A stretch of 64,000 bases of DNA from positions 3,648,001-3,712,000 of the forward strand of contig CAVYRF010000002.1 in assembly GCA_963770895.1 (NCBI GenBank), read 5' to 3'. The translations under genes were made by a program, and so were the position numbers. Shown here piece after piece: positions 1-8,700 of the stretch (the stretch's first letter is position 1; each line of letters begins with the position of its first letter). A model generated the notes under the pieces. It worked only from the letters and a program-made list of their open reading frames with translations, had not been told where the DNA came from and ran no database searches. This DNA is from an uncultured Acidobacteriota bacterium. Lineage in GTDB: Bacteria > Acidobacteriota > Thermoanaerobaculia > Multivoradales > UBA5704.

Positions 1-2576
1 GGGTCGAGCAAGGTCACCGCCGCGGTCTCGTCCGTCACCCGGTCGTGCGGCCGGGCGATCTCCAGCTTGTAGGGGGGGAAGCCGCCGGTGACGTAGGGGT
101 ACTGCTGATATTGCACGATCATCAGCCCGCCGCCGCGCACGTAGGCGAGCAGCCGCGGGTTGGCGCGCGCCATGACCGGCTCGCTCTCGTAGGCGCGGCT
201 GCCGACGACGATGGCGTCGTAGCGGGTGAGGTCGCCGCCGACCAGCTCGGCCGCGCCGAGCAGCTCGACCGGCACGCCGGCTTGGCGCAGAAACTCGGGC
301 ACCCGGTCGGAGGCGCCGCGCACGTAGCCAACGCGGCGCAGCGGCGGCAGCCTGAGGTCAAAGGCGCTGACCTCGACAGCGGCGTCGTGCGGGTAAGGGG
401 TGGGCTGGATGTGCGAGTAGTCGAGCACCGGCACCGCCAGGGAGAAACGCGAGCCGTCGTCGAGCACGGCGGCGACAGCCAGCGGGTAGCGTCCCGGCGT
501 CAGGCCGGCCGGCGGACGCAGGGTCAGCGTCAGGGCGATCGGGTCGCCCTCGTCGTCGCTGGCGGCGGGCAGATCGAAAGGCTGTGGCGGGATCGCCGGC
601 CAGGGCGTGATCGCCGCGGGGGCCCCCGCGGGCGCCGGGATCGCCGGGGTTCCGGCGGCTGCCGGGGCCGGCGCGGTCATCGTAAGCGTCGGCGGCGCCG
701 GCGTCACCTCCAGGCGGCCGTGCACCGCCACCCGGCGGTGTGAGGTGAGCACCAGGCGCAGGTTCTTCGGCTCGCGGCGGGCGAGCGGCCAGACCTGCAT
801 CGATTCGTCCACCGCCACCTCGACCGCCGGCACGATGCGCAGCGGCCGGCGCACCTCGCCCTGCACCTCGTCGCGGTGGATGTGCACGACCTCGCGGGTC
901 AGCGTCAGCGGCACGCCGTCGAGGGTGAAGTCAAAACGGGCGGTGAGCGGTGGCGGCCCGAACGGCTCGCCGCGCTCGGCCGGACTGGCCTCGCGCCAAT
1001 CGTAGAGGCTCCCCTGAAGCGGCCGGCGCAGGAAGTAGGCCATGCTCGGCAGCGCCGCCGCCGGCACCGTGGGCTTGAGCTCCCACTGCGCCAGCGTCCC
1101 GGGAGCCACCGGCTGCGGCGCTCCGGCGGGCAGCTCCGGGCTCGATGGCGGCGCGACGGCGCCGCCCCACCAGTCGGCGGCCGGCACCAGCGTCACCGCG
1201 GCGCCGGTCAGGGCTGCCGCGCCGCTGTCCCAAAGGCTGGCGCGCACGGTGAACGTCTCGCCCTCCACCAGCGCCTCGCGCTCGGTGGTGGCGTCGAACG
1301 CGAGGCCCGCTGCCACCGCCGCGGCGTCCTCGGCCACCTGGAGCTTCTCGGCGAGCAGCTCGGCGGCGGCCTGCTCGCCGGCGCCGGCAGCGGGGGACGG
1401 CCTGGCGGACCTGGTGCCGCCGGAGCCAGGGGAGTCCTTGGCACCCGCGGTGCCAGCCTTGCCGGCGGCCGGGAACGCCGGCAGCGCCGCCAGCGCGTCG
1501 TCGAGGCGGCGCACGATGTCGAGCAGCGCCGGCAGGGCCTGCTGCGGGCGGGCCGGATTGAGGTGCTCGCGGGCGGCGGTGGCGAGCGCCTCCACCTGGT
1601 CCAGGTCTCCCTCCACCCGGCGGCGCACGGCGGGGTCGGCGATGGTGGCCGCGATGGCGCGCGGCCGGGTGTCGATGCCGGCAAAGAGATCCTTGGCGGC
1701 GACTCCGGCTCCCCCGGTCACCCAGGCGACGCGTGTCTCCTGCGGGCCGAGCGGCTGCAGCAGCCCCATCTCCTGCGATCGGTGCATGCTGCGGCTGGCC
1801 ATGGCGAGTTGGAACACCGACTTGCCGCTCCACGGGTCGATGGCGTTGAGCGGCAGCGTCATGGTGGTGGAAGGGCGATCGAAGAACGTCGAGCGGTAGA
1901 GCGCCTGGGGCGTCCACGGCGCCAGCCCCTCGGCGGCCAGGCCAGGCAGCGCCGCCGGATCGCCGGACGCCGGGACGGCGGCGAAGGCGGTGACTCCCGC
2001 CGCCTGGTGCTGCCCGTGGGTCTTGATCGGCACGTTGGGGAAGATCGACACCACGACCTGCGGCTTGAAGCGCCGGATCACCCGCACCGCGTCCTCGAGC
2101 AGCACCTGCTTGGGCCACTGCCCCAGCGTCTCCTCGAGCGACATGGTGAAGCCGAAATCGTAGGCGCGGGTGAAGTACTGCCGCCCGCCGTCGACGGCGC
2201 GCGCCGCCAGCAGCTCGCGGCTGCGGATCAGGCCGAGGCCGATGCCGAGCTCGGAGCCGATGAGGTTCTGGCCGCCCTCGCCGCGGCTGAGCGACAGGTA
2301 GGCCGCCTCGCCGCCCAGGGCGCGCGAGACCAGGGTGAGCAGCGACGTGTCCTCGTCGTCCGGATGAGCGGCGATGATCAGCAGCCGCCTGTGGACGCAG
2401 AGCTTGGCCAGGGCGCGGTCGAGCGTCGCGCTGCCGCCGGTGACGGCCGGCTGAAGCGGCAGCGGCGCCAGGTTGACGCCGGTGGCCGCCAGCCGGCCGG
2501 CCGGCGGCAGCACCAGCAACGCCGCGACGACGGCCCCGGCGGCACCCAGCAAAGCGAGCTTCGGCCTCACTCTCAT
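1..2576 (-). CDS. PIG-L/LmbE-family deacetylase, secreted multidomain protein (3' end runs off the window)
   Basis: Own translation (absent from the ORF track because there is no stop in the window). ATG at 2576 with GGGGAG RBS and a signal-like N-terminus. Motifs IIAAHPDDED, SRGEGGQN, YFTRAYDFGF and HGQHQ, plus a C-terminal GATase-like segment (DAIVVGSRAY...GGGLMIVQYQ). Confidence 0.88.
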   Translation of the reverse strand, partial: MRVRPKLALLGAAGAVVAALLVLPPAGRLAATGVNLAPLPLQPAVTGGSATLDRALAKLCVHRRLLIIAAHPDDEDTSLLTLVSRALGGEAAYLSLSRGEGGQNLIGSELGIGLGLIRSRELLAARAVDGGRQYFTRAYDFGFTMSLEETLGQWPKQVLLEDAVRVIRRFKPQVVVSIFPNVPIKTHGQHQAAGVTAFAAVPASGDPAALPGLAAEGLAPWTPQALYRSTFFDRPSTTMTLPLNAIDPWSGKSVFQLAMASRSMHRSQEMGLLQPLGPQETRVAWVTGGAGVAAKDLFAGIDTRPRAIAATIADPAVRRRVEGDLDQVEALATAAREHLNPARPQQALPALLDIVRRLDDALAALPAFPAAGKAGTAGAKDSPGSGGTRSARPSPAAGAGEQAAAELLAEKLQVAEDAAAVAAGLAFDATTEREALVEGETFTVRASLWDSGAAALTGAAVTLVPAADWWGGAVAPPSSPELPAGAPQPVAPGTLAQWELKPTVPAAALPSMAYFLRRPLQGSLYDWREASPAERGEPFGPPPLTARFDFTLDGVPLTLTREVVHIHRDEVQGEVRRPLRIVPAVEVAVDESMQVWPLARREPKNLRLVLTSHRRVAVHGRLEVTPAPPTLTMTAPAPAAAGTPAIPAPAGAPAAITPWPAIPPQPFDLPAASDDEGDPIALTLTLRPPAGLTPGRYPLAVAAVLDDGSRFSLAVPVLDYSHIQPTPYPHDAAVEVSAFDLRLPPLRRVGYVRGASDRVPEFLRQAGVPVELLGAAELVGGDLTRYDAIVVGSRAYESEPVMARANPRLLAYVRGGGLMIVQYQQYPYVTGGFPPYKLEIARPHDRVTDETAAVTLLD

Positions 2577-2859
2577 ATCGACGGCTCCCCCTGGTTTTCG
2601 GGCCGGCTGCGCCGGCCGGTACAGGCGCGTACTCTAACCCGGTGGTGACACGGTTTACTCCCTTTCCTTCGGCGGCGGCGCTGCTGCGCGGTTTCTATCG
2701 CCGCCGCCCCAATCGCCGCCTGGGCGAGGCCGGTGGCGGGCCTGCTCATCACCGGCCCTGGCGGCATGCGAGTGAACCGGTCGGGGTGCGCTGCGCGTAG
2801 ACTGATGCGACTGCGGAGAGCGAGCCCGCTTGGCCCGCCTAGGAAGGAGTGCAGCCTTC

Positions 2860-3786
2860 ATGATCGCCAACGAGATGACCGGTCCGCCGTGGATCGCCAG
2901 CGAGACGGAGGTTCCATCCGTGGCCGCCGGCGGCGCGGGCGCTCCGCGCGCCAAGGCCGCCGATACGGACGTCCCGTCCGCGACTGCCGGGGGCTCGGAC
3001 GCCGGGGGGCCAGACGTCCCGTCGGCGCCTGCCGGCGGCGCGGAGCCTGCCGCGGCGGTCACTGGCGCCCCGGACGCTGTGCCGGTGGTCGCGGCGGTGC
3101 GAGAGGTGGCGCCGGTGGGCAGGCGGCCGCTGGTGCATCGGCATCATTGGGTGGTGCGGCTGACGCACTGGTCCAATGCGGTGCTGCTGCTGGGGATGAT
3201 CGCGAGCGGGCTGCAGATTTATGGCTCGTATGTGCACTTCGGGATGCGCGGCGGCCCCTACCTGCCCAATCCTTGGGACGGCAAGCCATTTCCGGCTTGG
3301 GCGACGCTGGGCGGGTGGCTGGCCGGGGGCCTCAGCTGGCATTTCTTTCTGGCCTGGCCGTTTGTGCTCACCGGGGTGACCTACCTGGGGTTTCTAGTCC
3401 TGTCCGGCGAATGGCGGGCGCTGCTGTTCCGGCCCAGCGACGTGCCGCGGGCGGTGGCCATGCAGCTGTACTACCTGCATCTCAAAAAAGACCATCCGCC
3501 GCAGGGCAAACATAACGCGCTGCAGAAGGCGGCTTACAACTTCATCATCCTGCTGGGCGCGATTTCGGTGCTGTCGGGGTTTGCGATCTACAAGACGGTT
3601 CAGCTGTCGTGGCTGACGCGGCTCTTCGGCGGTTATCAGATGGCCCGCTATTGGCACTTCTGGGCGGTGTTCCTGTTCCTGGGTTTCATTGTGGTGCACG
3701 TCGCGCTGGTGCTGCTGGTGGATCCCGCTTCGCTGCGCGCCATGATCACGGGTTGGTACCGTGGGAGGTTCCCCAGCCATGACTGA
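2860..3786 (+). CDS. Cytochrome b/b6-like membrane subunit (Ni/Fe-hydrogenase cyt b / YdhU type)
   Basis: ATG 2860 after AGGAAGGAG. RLTHWSNA, WHFFLAW, KHNALQK and RYWHFW heme-His helices. Overlaps the start of the downstream Mo-enzyme gene. Confidence 0.85.
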   Translation: MIANEMTGPPWIASETEVPSVAAGGAGAPRAKAADTDVPSATAGGSDAGGPDVPSAPAGGAEPAAAVTGAPDAVPVVAAVREVAPVGRRPLVHRHHWVVRLTHWSNAVLLLGMIASGLQIYGSYVHFGMRGGPYLPNPWDGKPFPAWATLGGWLAGGLSWHFFLAWPFVLTGVTYLGFLVLSGEWRALLFRPSDVPRAVAMQLYYLHLKKDHPPQGKHNALQKAAYNFIILLGAISVLSGFAIYKTVQLSWLTRLFGGYQMARYWHFWAVFLFLGFIVVHVALVLLVDPASLRAMITGWYRGRFPSHD

Positions 3787-4510
3787 GCCGCGCGATCTGC
3801 GGCTTTCGCGCCGTGACCTGTTCCGCATTGGGATGGTGGCCGCCCCGGCCGCGCTGTCCGCGGCCTGCTGGGACGGCGGCCCCTGGGTCGGGGCGAAGCT
3901 GCATGCGTTCTCGCGCTTGAACGATTGGGTGAGCGAGAACATCTGGCTGTCCTCGACCCGTCTGGCGCCGCAATATCCCCATTCGCAGCGCACGCCGGCG
4001 CGGGATTTCCCGGCCTACGCCCAGACGCGACCCTACCTGCCGGTGCCCGCCGATCCGGCGCACTGGTCGCTTGCCGTGGGCGGCCTGGTCGCCAAGCCGT
4101 TCCACCTCACCGTGGCGATGGCTCAGGCGCTGCCGCGCGTGACCTACACCGTCAAGCACCACTGCGTCGAAGGGTGGACGGCGATCGCCACCTGGACCGG
4201 GGTGCCGCTCGCGACGATCATCGCCATGGCGCAGCCGACGCCGGCAGCGCGATACATCCGCTTCGACACCTTCGACAACGGCTACTCGAACGGCTGGGAC
4301 CTGAAGAGCGCGATGCATCCCCAGACCATCCTCGCCTACGGCTGGAACGACCGCCCGCTGACCGCGGCCCACGGCGCACCGCTGCGCCTGTACTCGCCCA
4401 ACAAGCTCGGCTACAAGCTCACCAAGTTTGTCAGCGCCATGACCTTCACCGTCGAACGCCCCGGCGGCTTCTGGGAAGACCAGGGCTATCCCTGGTTCGG
4501 CGGCATCTGA
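3779..4510 (+). CDS. Molybdopterin-dependent oxidoreductase, sulfite oxidase/MsrP-like, Tat-exported
   Basis: SRRDLF twin-arginine motif, HHCVEGWT Mo-ligand Cys, HGAPLRL and GYKLTK, and C-terminal GFWEDQGY. Confidence 0.88.
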   Translation: MTEPRDLRLSRRDLFRIGMVAAPAALSAACWDGGPWVGAKLHAFSRLNDWVSENIWLSSTRLAPQYPHSQRTPARDFPAYAQTRPYLPVPADPAHWSLAVGGLVAKPFHLTVAMAQALPRVTYTVKHHCVEGWTAIATWTGVPLATIIAMAQPTPAARYIRFDTFDNGYSNGWDLKSAMHPQTILAYGWNDRPLTAAHGAPLRLYSPNKLGYKLTKFVSAMTFTVERPGGFWEDQGYPWFGGI

Positions 4511-4687
4511 AACGCCGGCGGTCAGTCTGGTGGATCTCGGCCGCGCCGCCGGTCCCGCCGCGGGTGGAGGCAGGGTTCGCCCGATCGAGCGCGGCCGGAA
4601 GCGCCGCGGCCGCCGGCGGCTGAGCAGCCGCTGGAGCGCGTGCTGGCGCGCCGGGCCGGGCGGAGCCGCGGCCGGATGGGGCGGTAT

Positions 4688-6526
4688 ATGATGAAGGACC
4701 CCATGCTGCGGCTGCGTTTTGCCATCGGCGGTGAAGAGCGGGTTTTCCCCCTGGCCGGGGGACGGGTGCGGCTGGGGCGGGGCGGCGAAAACGACATCGT
4801 GCTGGGGGACGTCTCGGTATCGCGGAACCACGCCGAGATCCGCCGCGGCCCCGACGGCTGGACGATCCACGACCTGCAGAGCACCAACGGGGTGGACGTC
4901 AACCGCGTCTCGGTGCGGTCGGCGCCGCTCCGCGCCGGCGACCAGATCACCATCGGCGCCTTCGAGCTGGCGGTGGAAGCCATCTCCGTCGAGCGGCCGG
5001 CGCCTGCTGCCGGGGCGGCTGAACCGCCAGGTCCGGCCTCCGCTGGCGGCGGCGCGGGTGCAGGCCGTCCTGCCGAGGCCGCCGCGACCAGCCGGCCGCC
5101 ACCGTATCCGGCCGGCGCGGGTGCCGTCCGCGACGTGCGCCAGACGCCGCCGGCCGCCGGTCGCGGCGCCGCGGCGCCGTCGTCGGCGGCGATCGACGGG
5201 GATGAACCATTTCTAGCCAACGCCACGATCGTGCGGCCGCTGGCGGACCTGACCGCGGCGTTCGGGCTGCAGGCGGCGGCGCCGGCCGAAGCCGGCCAGC
5301 CGCAGCCGGCAGGGGGCGGCGACCGCGCCGACGCCCACCGGATGCTGGGGTTCCTCGCCCGGCTGGCGCGGGTGCTGCTGGTCGCGGATTCGGTGGACGA
5401 CGTTTTGGTGCGGGTGCTCGACATCGTGTTCGAGGCGCTGCCCGTCGACCGCGGCTTCATCCTGCTGGGCGACGATGGCGGCGACTTGGTGTGCGAGGCG
5501 GTGCGGCTGAAAGACCGCGTCGAGCTGCGCCCCTCCGTCGAGGTGCCGGTGTCGCGCACCATGCTGCGCGCGGTGATGCGCGAGCGGGTGGCGCTGGTGA
5601 CCTACGACGCGCAGTCCGACCAGCGGCTGCGCGGCGGCGAATCGATCCGCCTGCACCAGATCCGCGCCGCGATGTGCACCCCGCTGTGGTCCGGCGATCA
5701 CCTCATCGGCGTGGTGCAGGTGGATACGCCGTTTCATGTCGGCGCCTTCGGCGAACGCGAGGTCGACTTCCTGGCCACCATTGCCAACTATGCGGCGGTG
5801 GCGGTCGAGCGCATCCGTTTCGCCGCCAAGGCGGAGTTCGAAAAGCAGGTGCGCACCCGCCTGGCTCGCTACCACTCGCCGGCCTTGGTCGAAGAGGTGC
5901 TGCGCCAGGGCGAAGCGGGCGCCGATCAGGACACGATCCACCGCCCGCGGGCCGCCGAGGCGACGGTACTGTTCGCCGACCTGGTGGGGTTTACCGCCTT
6001 TGCCGAAAACTCGACGCCCGAAAACGTCGCCGACCTGCTCAACGGCTTTCTCAACCTTTCGGTCGAGGCCATCTTTGCCGCCGGCGGCACCCTGGACAAG
6101 TTCATCGGCGACTGCGTGATGGCCTTCTTCGGCGCGCCGGTGCCGCAGGAGGACCACGCCCAGCGCGCCGTGCGCGCGGCGGTCGAGATCCAGCGCAGCC
6201 TGCACGCCTGGAGCGCCGAGCGCGTCGCCGCCGGGTTGCCGGGCTTCGCCGCGCGGGTGGCGCTCAACAGCGGCCCGGTGGTCGTCGGCGACGTGGGCAG
6301 CGCCCGCCGTGTCGACTACACGGTGCTCGGCAACACCGTCAATGTCGCCGCGCGCCTGGAAGCCTTCGTCGCCCGCCCTGGCGACGTGGTGCTGGGCCCC
6401 GAAACCCACCGCCTGCTGGCAGGAGCCATCGCCACCGAGCCCCTGGGTGAGCTGCGCCTCAAGGGCTTGCAGCAGAAAATCCACGCCCACCGCGTCGCCG
6501 GCATGACCGTCGCCGCGGAAGCCTAG
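4688..6526 (+). CDS. FHA-GAF-class III adenylate/guanylate cyclase
   Basis: FHA motifs LGRG, VSRNHA and DLQSTNG. GAF segment (IRAAMCTPLW...IGVVQVD). Cyclase motifs LFADLVGFT, DKFIGDCVM and YTVLGNTVNVAARLE. Start could be 4688, 4691 or 4703. Confidence 0.9.
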   Translation: MMKDPMLRLRFAIGGEERVFPLAGGRVRLGRGGENDIVLGDVSVSRNHAEIRRGPDGWTIHDLQSTNGVDVNRVSVRSAPLRAGDQITIGAFELAVEAISVERPAPAAGAAEPPGPASAGGGAGAGRPAEAAATSRPPPYPAGAGAVRDVRQTPPAAGRGAAAPSSAAIDGDEPFLANATIVRPLADLTAAFGLQAAAPAEAGQPQPAGGGDRADAHRMLGFLARLARVLLVADSVDDVLVRVLDIVFEALPVDRGFILLGDDGGDLVCEAVRLKDRVELRPSVEVPVSRTMLRAVMRERVALVTYDAQSDQRLRGGESIRLHQIRAAMCTPLWSGDHLIGVVQVDTPFHVGAFGEREVDFLATIANYAAVAVERIRFAAKAEFEKQVRTRLARYHSPALVEEVLRQGEAGADQDTIHRPRAAEATVLFADLVGFTAFAENSTPENVADLLNGFLNLSVEAIFAAGGTLDKFIGDCVMAFFGAPVPQEDHAQRAVRAAVEIQRSLHAWSAERVAAGLPGFAARVALNSGPVVVGDVGSARRVDYTVLGNTVNVAARLEAFVARPGDVVLGPETHRLLAGAIATEPLGELRLKGLQQKIHAHRVAGMTVAAEA

Positions 6527-6623
6527 CCAAGCCTGCCGGCCCGGACACACCTCCGGCACCGCCGGCGTTGCGGCCGGGGTGCTGGTCGTTTTCCGCGCTG
6601 GAGGTGTTGGCTGCCTGGGGGGG

Positions 6624-7571
6624 CTAGCGGGCGGTGGCGACGGCCTGCCGGTGGTGCGCGGTGTGGCGCCGCGTGGTGGCGGCGACGACCTGGTGCGCCG
6701 GACGGGAGGCGGCGCCGCGGCTGCGGCGGGCGGCGCGGCGCACGGCGATGCGGCCGGTGTGGCGCGCCACGGCGACCTGAGCGCCGGCACCGCCCTGGGC
6801 GATGCGCAGGCGGCCGGTGCGGGACGAGCGGGTCACGCGCAGGTGGGCGCTGCGCACGACGGCTTCGTCGTCCGTTTCGCGCATGGTGCCCCAGGAGCTC
6901 TGGTGCAGGGCGGCCAGGCGAGCGACGCCGTTGGGGTCGCCGATGGGGCCTGGCAGCAGCAGCGGGTCGGGGAAGACGGCGACGTGGTAGTGCGCCGGCC
7001 AGTGCTCGCGCGTCGCTTCGATCATCCCCTCACCCTCGAGCGCGAGCAGCGTGCTCTCCAGGTATTGGCGGCAGGCGCGGCGCTCGCTGCGGCGCATGTC
7101 GACCGCCATGCCGGTGGGGTGCACCGAGATCGGCGAGGCGTTCCACGGCTGGTGGGTGATCGGCCGCGTCAGGCTGGTTACAACCAGCGGTTCGCCGCAG
7201 CTGGCGCGGTATTCATGCGCCAGCTGCTCGATGAAGACCAGCGTCGCGGGCCGGCAGTAGGGGAAGGACACTTCGTCGCCGGCGAGCTGATAGTCCTGGT
7301 TGCCGCGGGCCGGCACCAGCCCGCCGGCGTCGACCGCCTGCATGACGTCGGCAGGCGTGCGCAGGTAGTCGTAGCCGTGCTGCTGCGCGACCATGCTCTG
7401 GCGTTGCATCGACTCGTGCGAGCCCTGCAGGCTTTGCGCGTCGAGGCGGGCGGCGGCAGGCCAGCCGCCGGAGCCTCCCAGACCGGCAACTCCACTCCAG
7501 GTGATCAAGGCAGCAGCTGCGGCAACGGTGAGGGTGGAGAGGGGGCGGGTCGGGACGCTCTCGTTGGGCAT
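6624..7571 (-). CDS. Secreted Zn peptidase of the Hedgehog/DD-peptidase (M15-like, DUF5715-type) fold with an Arg-rich tail
   Basis: N-terminal hydrophobic segment. SVHPTGMAVD (SxHxxGxAxD) and HYH Zn motifs. AAGGAG RBS. Confidence 0.75.
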   Translation of the reverse strand: MPNESVPTRPLSTLTVAAAAALITWSGVAGLGGSGGWPAAARLDAQSLQGSHESMQRQSMVAQQHGYDYLRTPADVMQAVDAGGLVPARGNQDYQLAGDEVSFPYCRPATLVFIEQLAHEYRASCGEPLVVTSLTRPITHQPWNASPISVHPTGMAVDMRRSERRACRQYLESTLLALEGEGMIEATREHWPAHYHVAVFPDPLLLPGPIGDPNGVARLAALHQSSWGTMRETDDEAVVRSAHLRVTRSSRTGRLRIAQGGAGAQVAVARHTGRIAVRRAARRSRGAASRPAHQVVAATTRRHTAHHRQAVATAR

Positions 7572-7615
7572 GGTACGTGCGCAACTCCTTCAGCGATCAG
7601 AGGTGGCCCAGTCAA

Positions 7616-7683
7616 GCCGTGAAACGGTTACAGTGCCGTAAAACGGTTTTCGAGACTAGCACACAATCTGTCACAGGAGTCAA
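7616..7683 (-). promoter_or_regulatory. Putative sigma70-type promoter with two downstream palindromic boxes for the Zn-peptidase gene
   Basis: Minus strand reads TTGACT...TGcTAGTCT (extended -10, long 19-bp spacer), followed by two CCGT-N3-ACGG boxes at 7616-7629 and 7635-7648. Confidence 0.35.
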
Positions 7684-7801
7684 ATTCAGCTTTGCTGATG
7701 CCCGTTTAGCGACCGCCGGTGCGCCCGAGGGGTATGGCCGGCCACAGCTGGCGGCATCCATGCCGTACCCGGTGCCGCGCGGCAAGATGTAAAAAGGGGA
7801 A

Positions 7802-8638
7802 TCAGGGGGCGAGCGAGAGGTGACCGGCACGGCGGGCGTCGGGGTCGGTGCCGTGGCCTTCGTAGAGCGCCAGGACCTCGCTGGTTTCGCCGTCGGCGAT
7901 CAGGCGGCCGGCGTCGATCCAGATGGAGCGCGTGCAGTTGTGGCGGATGGCCGCGGCGTTGTGGGAGACCATGAGGACGGTGGTGCCGGCGTCGTGGAAG
8001 CGGCGCAGGCGCTCTTCGCACTTGTGGATGAACGAGGAGTCGCCGACCGCCAGCACTTCGTCGAGGATCATGATGTCGGGCACCCAGGCGGTGGCGATCG
8101 AAAAGCCCAGGCGCGCCAGCATGCCGCTCGAGTAGTTGCGAATCGGGGCGCGCACGAAGTCGCCCAGGCCGCTGAACTCGACGATGCCGTCGATCACTTC
8201 CGCGATCTCGCGCCGCGTGCGCCCCAGCAGCATGGCGTTCAAGTAGATGTTTTCGAAGCCGGTCAGCTCGCGGTCGAAGCCGGTGCCAAGCTCAAGGATG
8301 GGGGAGAGGCTGCCGCGCATCCTGGCGGTGCCGGTGGTCGGCTTGAGCACCTTCGAGATCACCTTGAGCAGCGTGCTCTTGCCGGCGCCGTTGCGGCCCA
8401 CGATGCCCACCGTTTCACCGCTTTTGATCGTAAGGTCGATGTCGCGCAGCGCCCACAGCTGTTCGTACGACAGCGCCCCCTTCATGAAGTGGATGGCGAA
8501 TTCCTTGAACGAGCGGATGCGCTGCTTGGCCAGGCGGTAGCAGAGCGAAACCCCGGCAAGCTCGATGCGCGCTTCGTCCGCGCCGGCGGCGGGTGCCGCC
8601 GCTTCGGAGCGGGGCGGCGCTGTCAGGGTGGCGGCCAT
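7802..8638 (-). CDS. ABC transporter ATP-binding protein, Wzt/TagH polysaccharide-export family
   Basis: Walker A GRNGAGKST, signature YSSGMLARLGF, Walker B ILDEVLAVGD, and VSH switch. ATG at 8638. Confidence 0.9.
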   Translation of the reverse strand: MAATLTAPPRSEAAAPAAGADEARIELAGVSLCYRLAKQRIRSFKEFAIHFMKGALSYEQLWALRDIDLTIKSGETVGIVGRNGAGKSTLLKVISKVLKPTTGTARMRGSLSPILELGTGFDRELTGFENIYLNAMLLGRTRREIAEVIDGIVEFSGLGDFVRAPIRNYSSGMLARLGFSIATAWVPDIMILDEVLAVGDSSFIHKCEERLRRFHDAGTTVLMVSHNAAAIRHNCTRSIWIDAGRLIADGETSEVLALYEGHGTDPDARRAGHLSLAP

Positions 8639-8700
8639 GGGAGGGAGGAGAGGATACCGCGTCCGGCGCCGGTCTGCGGCGCCGGACGGCGGCAAGGCGG

